Shown one piece after another: positions 1 through 4,275 of a stretch of 4,275 nt of DNA. Both the position numbers and the translations under genes were made by a program. The notes under the pieces are model-generated. The model made no database searches. It saw nothing but the letters and a program-made list of their open reading frames with translations, and had not been told where the DNA came from. The stretch comes from a virus (Duplodnaviria > Heunggongvirae > Uroviricota > Caudoviricetes), in IMG/VR virus record IMGVR_UViG_2671180432_000004; one strand, written 5' to 3'. The stretch's first letter is position 1. The number at the start of each line of letters is the position of its first letter.

Positions 1-167
1 ACGGCAGCAAGCCAGTAATGGGTTAAGTGATAACAGGTGTCTGGAAATATAGGGGCAAATCCAGCGTTCATCAGCCCCCGCATTGCCGACAGGATCACAG
101 ACGGGGGGCGCAACTGGTTGTCGTTCAACTGGCCCAGCTACCGTTCTTGTATCAGAGGTGTGGCTGC

Positions 168-1466
168 ATGACAACACCAGTCTGGCGTAATGATGACCTG
201 GAAGGCGCTGTCATTGGCGCATTCTTTCTGCGTGGGGCAGATCATGAAGTGATGGATATTCTGATCACACTACCGGCGGACATTTTTTCTGTACGAGCGT
301 ATCGGGATATCTACACAGGCATCTGCAGACAGGCCCGTGTTTCAGGAGTGATTGACCCCGTGCTGTTGTGTAATGAGATGCCGGAACTTGCCCCGGTGAT
401 TACTGATACCGGGCGTAAAACCTGGGTGAAGTCTTCACTGGAGCACTATGTTGCAGCGTTGCGGCGCAATGCCGCACTGCGCGATGCAGAAAAAACACTG
501 AATGAGGCGCTGCAGAAATTACGTGATGCGCATACCTGTGAAGCAGCTGAAGATGCCCTGAAGGATGCGCAGAACATGATGGTCACACTGTCGACAGGAA
601 AGGGCGTCATTCAGCCGGTACATATTGATGATGTGCTTCCGGAAGTGGTTGAGCGTGTTGAATGCCGGAATCAGGGGCTGGAGAAATCCAGGACGTTGAT
701 GACCGGTATTGATGAACTGGACGCAAAAACAGGCGGTATGGAGCCCGGAGACCTGGTATTCATTGCCGCCCGTCCTTCGATGGGGAAAACCGAACTTGCG
801 CTGGACATCATCGACAAGGTGACTGAGCAGGGGCATGGTGTGCTTCTGTTCACCATGGAGATGGCGAACATCCAGATTGGTGAACGTATGGTGTCTGCGG
901 CTGGAGGGATGCCAGTATCACGCCTGAAATCTGTGGCTCACTTTGAAGATGAAGACTGGGCGCGTTTCTCACAAGGGGTGGGGCGGATGACCGGGCGCAA
1001 TATCTGGATGGTGGACCAGGCGAACCTGACCATTGATGAGATATGCGCAACAACGAAACACCATCTGATTAAACATCCGGAAACGGCGCTGGTGGTGGTT
1101 GATTATCTCGGGCTGATAAAAACCCGAACCACGGGGCGTCATGACCTTGCCGTGGGTGAAATCTCAAAGGGGCTTAAAGGCCTGGCAAAATCCGGTGGTT
1201 TTCCGTTGATTGCGCTGAGCCAGCTCTCCCGCGGTGTGGAGTCCAGATACAACCCGGATACACAGGCTACAGGCATAGCAGAAATTAATATCACGAAACA
1301 ACGTAACGGTTCTCTGGGGACGATTTACCGGCGTTTTTATAACGGACATTTTCTGCCTGTGGACCAGGAAAGCGCACAGGTTCTTTCCACCCCAATGCGG
1401 CAGCCCCAGCCGCGCAGATACAGCAATACACGTACCGACAGCAGTAAGATGGAGCGTTTCTTTTGA
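168..1466 (+). CDS. DnaB-family replicative DNA helicase (phage replication module)
   Basis: Long ORF in frame 3. Walker A motif AARPSMGKT (about nt 766-792) and Walker B-like ALVVVDYLGL, plus EDEDWARF and GIAEINITKQRNG motifs, align with E. coli DnaB as recalled. The N-terminal DLEGAVIGAFFL block matches the DnaB N-terminal domain. ATG at 168 has an AGAGGTG Shine-Dalgarno 7 nt upstream. The ORF track starts at GTG 27, but that extension (HQPPHCRQDHRRG...) does not look protein-like, so the start is uncertain. Confidence 0.88.
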   Translation: MTTPVWRNDDLEGAVIGAFFLRGADHEVMDILITLPADIFSVRAYRDIYTGICRQARVSGVIDPVLLCNEMPELAPVITDTGRKTWVKSSLEHYVAALRRNAALRDAEKTLNEALQKLRDAHTCEAAEDALKDAQNMMVTLSTGKGVIQPVHIDDVLPEVVERVECRNQGLEKSRTLMTGIDELDAKTGGMEPGDLVFIAARPSMGKTELALDIIDKVTEQGHGVLLFTMEMANIQIGERMVSAAGGMPVSRLKSVAHFEDEDWARFSQGVGRMTGRNIWMVDQANLTIDEICATTKHHLIKHPETALVVVDYLGLIKTRTTGRHDLAVGEISKGLKGLAKSGGFPLIALSQLSRGVESRYNPDTQATGIAEINITKQRNGSLGTIYRRFYNGHFLPVDQESAQVLSTPMRQPQPRRYSNTRTDSSKMERFF

Positions 1467-1477
1467 ACAACCAGACA

Positions 1478-1720
1478 ATGACTTTTACCTCTGAACAATT
1501 GCGTAAACACGCGCAGGAAATGTTGCGACAGGCGGAACAACTGGAAAAAACAGGTGTAACAAAAGATGCCATTCGTCGGGATATGGTGCCAGCGCTCAGG
1601 GAACTGATGCAGGCGAAACATCGCGCACAAAAAGCGGTGGATGAGCTCGTTGATTGTGTGGCAGAGCTGGAAACCAAAGTTGGAAAGTTTGAAAAAATGG
1701 TGCAGGAGGTGCTGCGCTGA
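1478..1720 (+). CDS. Small hypothetical protein, predicted coiled-coil, nin-region-like position
   Basis: ORF between the helicase and rusA in the same orientation. Its stop overlaps the rusA start as TGATG (1718-1722), which suggests translational coupling. The sequence is charged and helical-looking (EQLRKHAQEMLRQAEQLEK...). Alternative start is TTG 1463, which has a GGAG 8 nt upstream; ATG 1478 has no obvious SD. Function unknown. Confidence 0.5.
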   Translation: MTFTSEQLRKHAQEMLRQAEQLEKTGVTKDAIRRDMVPALRELMQAKHRAQKAVDELVDCVAELETKVGKFEKMVQEVLR

Positions 1721-2091
1721 TGCGCCATGAGTTTATTTTACCTTATCCGCCGACGGTGAATACTTACTGGCGACGTCGTGGCAGCACATATTTTGTATCA
1801 AAAGTTGGTGAGCGTTATCGCCGTGATGTGACGCTAATTGTTCGCCAGCAGCGGCTGAAATTAAACCTGTCCGGAAGGCTGGCGATAAAGATTATTGCAG
1901 AGCCACCGGATAAGCGCCGTCGTGACCTGGACAATATCCTGAAAGCACCACTGGATGCGCTGACGCATGCCGGACTACTCATAGACGACGAGCAGTTTGA
2001 TGAAATCAATATTGTGCGCGGTCAGCTCGTTCCTGGTGGGCGACTGGGCGTGAAGATTTATGAAATCACAGGTGATAACGATGGCGCGTGA
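1720..2091 (+). CDS. rusA: Crossover junction endodeoxyribonuclease RusA (Holliday junction resolvase)
   Basis: 123-aa product with the LPYPP..N.Y.R N-terminal motif, DKRRRDLDN acidic motif, DALTHAG, IDDEQ and GGRLGV, all matching E. coli RusA (about 120 aa) as recalled. Sits immediately upstream of Q as in the DLP12 prophage. Confidence 0.85.
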   Translation: MRHEFILPYPPTVNTYWRRRGSTYFVSKVGERYRRDVTLIVRQQRLKLNLSGRLAIKIIAEPPDKRRRDLDNILKAPLDALTHAGLLIDDEQFDEINIVRGQLVPGGRLGVKIYEITGDNDGA

Positions 2092-2467
2092 TATTCAGCA
2101 GGTTATGGAACGGTGGGGGGCTTGGGCTGCAAACACTCATGAAGATGTATCCTGGGCGTCGATCGCTGCTGGTTTTAAAGGGTTAATTCCGTCGAAAGTG
2201 AAATCACGCCCTCAGTGTTCTGATGATGATGCAATGATAATTTGTGGCTGTATGGCCCGGTTGAACAAGAAAAATCAGGATTTGCACGATTTGCTGGTGG
2301 ATTATTACGTAGGTGGAATGACTTTTATGAGTCTGGCACGGAAACATGGGTGTTCGGATACCTGTATTGGCAAGCGCCTGCAGAAAGCGGAAGGGGTTAT
2401 TGATGGCATGTTGATGATGCTTGATATCCGGCTGGAGATGGACAGATACGTAGAACGAATTATGTAG
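2081..2467 (+). CDS. Q: Late-gene antitermination protein Q (short QuuD-like family)
   Basis: Product [23 protein letters not shown]...[20 protein letters not shown]...[23 protein letters not shown]...GKRLQKAEG matches my memory of the E. coli prophage antiterminator QuuD family (about 127 aa), including the cysteine cluster. ATG 2081 has AGGTGA 5 nt upstream and overlaps the rusA stop by 11 nt. The ORF track start at 2060 would add 7 residues not seen in the homologs I recall. Confidence 0.8.
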   Translation: MARDIQQVMERWGAWAANTHEDVSWASIAAGFKGLIPSKVKSRPQCSDDDAMIICGCMARLNKKNQDLHDLLVDYYVGGMTFMSLARKHGCSDTCIGKRLQKAEGVIDGMLMMLDIRLEMDRYVERIM

Positions 2468-2471
2468 GTGC

Positions 2472-2502
2472 TTGACCAGACACATTGTCCGGGGCTATAT
2501 TC
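2472..2502 (+). promoter_or_regulatory. Candidate late promoter (pR'-like) immediately downstream of Q
   Basis: TTGACC (2472-2477) begins 5 nt after the Q stop, with TATATT (2497-2502) as the -10. The spacer is 19 nt, which is suboptimal. The position matches where pR'/qut lies in lambdoid phages. Confidence 0.3.
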
Positions 2503-2560
2503 CTCACGCGCCAGCAAAATCTGGCGTCGGGATTGGAACCCCGGATAGAGACCGCGACAG

Positions 2561-2587
2561 ACACACGCCGCGAGCGTGTTTTTTATT
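2561..2587 (+). terminator. Candidate intrinsic terminator (tR'-like)
   Basis: Hairpin ACACGC (2563-2568) / GCGTGT (2574-2579) with loop CGCGA, followed by TTTTT-A-TT. It lies about 60-80 nt downstream of the candidate promoter, which would give a short leader transcript. Confidence 0.45.
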
Positions 2588-2712
2588 GTCGTATGCACGC
2601 GCACATCTGAATTATGGTGGGGCGCATGGGGGAGCTGAAAAGCTCGCCGGTCGGTTTCCCGGTAGTTCCAACCCTGTGCGTCTCACCACCCGATGATTGG
2701 AACCTGACGGTG

Positions 2713-2741
2713 TTGACAGTTTCAGGTTTGCAGTTTACATT
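2713..2741 (+). promoter_or_regulatory. Candidate sigma70 promoter upstream of the ORF6N gene
   Basis: Perfect -35 TTGACA (2713-2718), 17-nt spacer, -10 TACATT (2736-2741; 4 of 6, with the conserved T, A and final T). Could be the promoter of the ORF6N gene or the true Q-modified late promoter. Confidence 0.4.
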
Positions 2742-2776
2742 TCCCCGCGGTGCTCAAAACACCTCGAAAGCGGTAT

Positions 2777-2804
2777 CCACACCCGATAGCCATGTGGTTT
2801 TTTT
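2777..2804 (+). terminator. Weak hairpin plus T7 tract (possible attenuator or terminator)
   Basis: CCACA (2777-2781) pairs with TGTGG (2793-2797) across an 11-nt loop, followed by seven T (2798-2804). The stem is weak, hence low confidence. Confidence 0.2.
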
Positions 2805-2947
2805 GTGTCCAGAATTCTTGGTTTATGACCGGGTGTGCGGCTAATACAATACCAGCAATGGAAATACGCCCGCCGACTTTCGACGGTTTTGAGCGCCCGG
2901 TCACCCTCTCAAAAGGGGTAAATCAAAATATTCGAAAGGACATGTCT

Positions 2948-3511
2948 ATGAATCGCACGTCTATTGAAAAACTCCCGTCACTTACGCATAACCATCTTCC
3001 TGTCATGACAACAGAGCTGCTGGCTGATTTGTACGGAACAGAGCGCCAGCGTTTGACAAACAATTTCAATCGAAACAAAGAACGGTTTATAGAAGGTAAA
3101 CATTTTTTCCTGATAGAAGGTGATGCGTTACGAGAGTTGAAGAACGAAAACTCTTTAAGAGTTTCTGTGAAAATTGCCCGTAACGTTCGCTCCCTCATCC
3201 TCTGGACAGAACGTGGCGCAGCCCGTCACGCCAAAATGCTCGAAACCGATCAGGCGTGGGAAGTGTTCGAAAAACTGGAAGACTGTTATTTCAACCAGAA
3301 ACAGCCACCAGCGGCACAAAACACATCTATCGAAAATGATGGATGCGCATTACTGAGCCACTTCGATAAACACGGTCAGGTTGAGTTCACGGAAAAGGTA
3401 CCCGCCGATGCGATGGTATGTACTCTGGAACGGTTTAAATTTTATCTGGAGCAACACGGGTGGATCGTTGCCCGTAAAGAGCAACTGGTGGAGCGGTTGA
3501 TGCGGTTTTAA
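2948..3511 (+). CDS. ORF6N/KilA-N-like domain protein (phage accessory 'moron' gene; antirepressor-like family), function unknown
   Basis: ORF with AGGA 7 nt upstream of ATG 2948 (ATG 2942 is an alternative). The N-terminal half (LPVMTTELLADLYGTERQRLTNNFNRNKERFIEGKHFFLIEGDALRELK...LWTERGAARHAKMLETDQAWEV) fits the ORF6N domain pattern as I recall it. The C-terminal 70 aa are unassigned. Spot counts give about 41% GC in the first 240 nt versus about 57% in a sampled helicase stretch. Followed by a strong intrinsic terminator. Confidence 0.7.
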   Translation: MNRTSIEKLPSLTHNHLPVMTTELLADLYGTERQRLTNNFNRNKERFIEGKHFFLIEGDALRELKNENSLRVSVKIARNVRSLILWTERGAARHAKMLETDQAWEVFEKLEDCYFNQKQPPAAQNTSIENDGCALLSHFDKHGQVEFTEKVPADAMVCTLERFKFYLEQHGWIVARKEQLVERLMRF

Positions 3512-3528
3512 AAATTTTTTCCGAAAAC

Positions 3529-3542
3529 TTTACGATCGTAAA
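3529..3542. repeat. Perfect 14-bp palindrome TTTACGATCGTAAA with central GATC
   Basis: Read directly from the sequence; the flanks extend it to an imperfect palindrome of about 24 bp (AAAACTTTACGATCGTAAAAAGTT). Starts 18 nt after the ORF6N stop. Confidence 0.5.
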
Positions 3543-3587
3543 AAGTTGAATATCCTGTTAAGAGTGGTTACTACGCCACACAGCTTA

Positions 3588-3612
3588 AACCCGCCGATGA
3601 GCGGGTTTTTTT
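3588..3612 (+). terminator. Rho-independent terminator downstream of the ORF6N gene
   Basis: Stem CCCGC (3590-3594) / GCGGG (3601-3605) with loop CGATGA, extendable by A:T pairs, then a 7-T tract (3606-3612). Canonical intrinsic terminator structure. Confidence 0.7.
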
Positions 3613-3700
3613 ATACCTGAAAAACGGCACAGGACGTTAAACGTGCTGGTGGTCAGATGAGTTTGCAGATGTGATGACATATGGTTATTATTCTGCCTCC

Positions 3701-3777
3701 GGCCCTTTAGCTCAGTTGGTCAGAGCGAGCGACTCATAATCGCCAGGTCGCTGGTTCAAGTCCAGCAAGGGCCACCA
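3701..3777 (+). tRNA. tRNA with CAU anticodon, most likely tRNA-Ile2 (lysidine; ileX/ileZ-like), automated tools would call tRNA-Met(CAT)
   Basis: Cloverleaf folded by hand: acceptor GGCCCTT (3701-3707) / AAGGGCC (3767-3773), anticodon loop CTCATAA with CAT at 3735-3737, T-loop TTCAAGT, discriminator A and encoded CCA (3775-3777). Nearly identical to E. coli ileX as recalled. Confidence 0.85.
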
Positions 3778-3778
3778 A

Positions 3779-3855
3779 CCACCACTAGCTCATCCGGATA
3801 GAGCATCAACCTTCTAAGTTGACGGTGCGAGGTTCGAGTCCTCGGTGGTGGGCCA
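3779..3855 (+). tRNA. tRNA-Arg (anticodon UCU, reads AGA)
   Basis: Acceptor CCACCAC (3779-3785) / GTGGTGG (3845-3851) is a perfect 7-bp stem. D-stem GCTC/GAGC, anticodon stem TCAAC/GTTGA, loop CTTCTAA with TCT at 3813-3815, T-stem CGAGG/CCTCG with loop TTCGAGT, discriminator G, encoded CCA (3853-3855). Only 1 nt separates it from the previous tRNA. Confidence 0.85.
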
Positions 3856-3857
3856 GC

Positions 3858-3933
<76 letters not shown>

Positions 3934-3936
3934 TAT

Positions 3937-4011
<75 letters not shown>

Positions 4012-4045
4012 GCGAGATTTGAGACGAAGGTTGTTATTTGCACTG

Positions 4046-4059
4046 ACACAATATTGTGT
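4046..4059. repeat. Perfect 14-bp palindrome ACACAATATTGTGT
   Basis: Read directly from the sequence, about 35 bp downstream of the tRNA cluster and about 130 bp upstream of an open frame that starts at ATG 4189. Confidence 0.45.
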
Positions 4060-4275
4060 GGGAATGTCTGACTCCTTACCATCTCCTGTTCTGTGATGTT
4101 GTTTTGTTGCAGTTCCAGTGCTCTTTTTTCAGCACCAGAATGGTGCATTGTCGGTCAGGTTACGTAGTGAACCTCTGGCAGGGGACTGATGATTCATCAT
4201 TCTGGTGTTGTAAATATCTCTTCGGACAACTTACAAAATATTCTAAGCAAACCCCGGGAACACACTCTTAACTGC

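Noticed and set aside
519-1728. Minus-strand ORFs 519..836, 671..871, 850..1053, 1164..1478, 1291..1728 and 1337..1630
   Set aside because: All lie antisense inside the well-supported helicase gene (and the small downstream ORF) and their products have low-complexity, non-protein-like composition. Treated as spurious shadow ORFs.
1815-2604. Minus-strand ORFs 1815..2009, 2204..2485 and 2305..2604
   Set aside because: Antisense to rusA and Q with no start signals or recognisable motifs.
2632-2645. GAGCT-GAAA-AGCTC hairpin with a GNRA-type tetraloop
   Set aside because: A 5-bp stem with no T tract and no obvious context; too common by chance to call a feature.
2472-2844. Plus-strand ORFs 2472..2696 (TTG start) and 2614..2844 in the Q-ORF6N intergenic region
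   Set aside because: No Shine-Dalgarno sequence, Gly/Arg/Pro-rich composition, and they span the predicted promoter and terminator elements. More likely non-coding regulatory DNA.
2750-2947. N-terminal extension of the ORF6N frame back to ATG 2750
   Set aside because: The extension overlaps the predicted promoter and T-tract and has no RBS. ATG 2948 (or 2942) with AGGA upstream is a far better start.
2722-3356. ORFs 2722..2904 (-), 2923..3198 (-) and 3174..3356 (+)
   Set aside because: Overlap the ORF6N gene in other frames or antisense, with no supporting signals.
3663-3691. Possible tRNA-cluster promoter TTGCAG-N17-TATTAT ending 10 nt before the first tRNA
   Set aside because: The -35 matches only 3 of 6 positions. 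The tRNAs may instead be transcribed by readthrough from upstream, so this is not reported as a feature.
2541-3803. 10-mer CCGGATAGAG shared between the intergenic region (2541-2550) and the D-loop of tRNA-Arg (3794-3803)
   Set aside because: Flanking bases do not match and the surrounding intergenic sequence does not fold as a tRNA. Several chance 10-mer matches are expected in a window of this size.
4118-4135. Hairpin GTGCT-CTTTTTTC-AGCAC
   Set aside because: The T run is in the loop rather than after the stem, so it is not a terminator.

Overview
This window reads as the early-to-late junction of a lambdoid (lambda-like) enterobacterial phage or prophage, all on the + strand. It runs: a DnaB-family replicative helicase, a small coiled-coil ORF, the Holliday-junction resolvase RusA, a short late antiterminator Q, a 480-bp regulatory intergenic region, an ORF6N/KilA-N-like accessory gene with its own intrinsic terminator, and four tightly packed tRNA genes (Ile2/Met-CAU, Arg-UCU, Thr-UGU, Gly-UCC). 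The most interesting part is the Q-to-tRNA interval, which is the classical moron/toxin locus of lambdoid phages: here it carries an AT-rich ORF6N-domain gene of unknown function plus a rare-codon tRNA set. I see no CRISPR array, IS element or integrase. All calls come from reading the sequence and recalling protein and tRNA families from memory; no database search was run.
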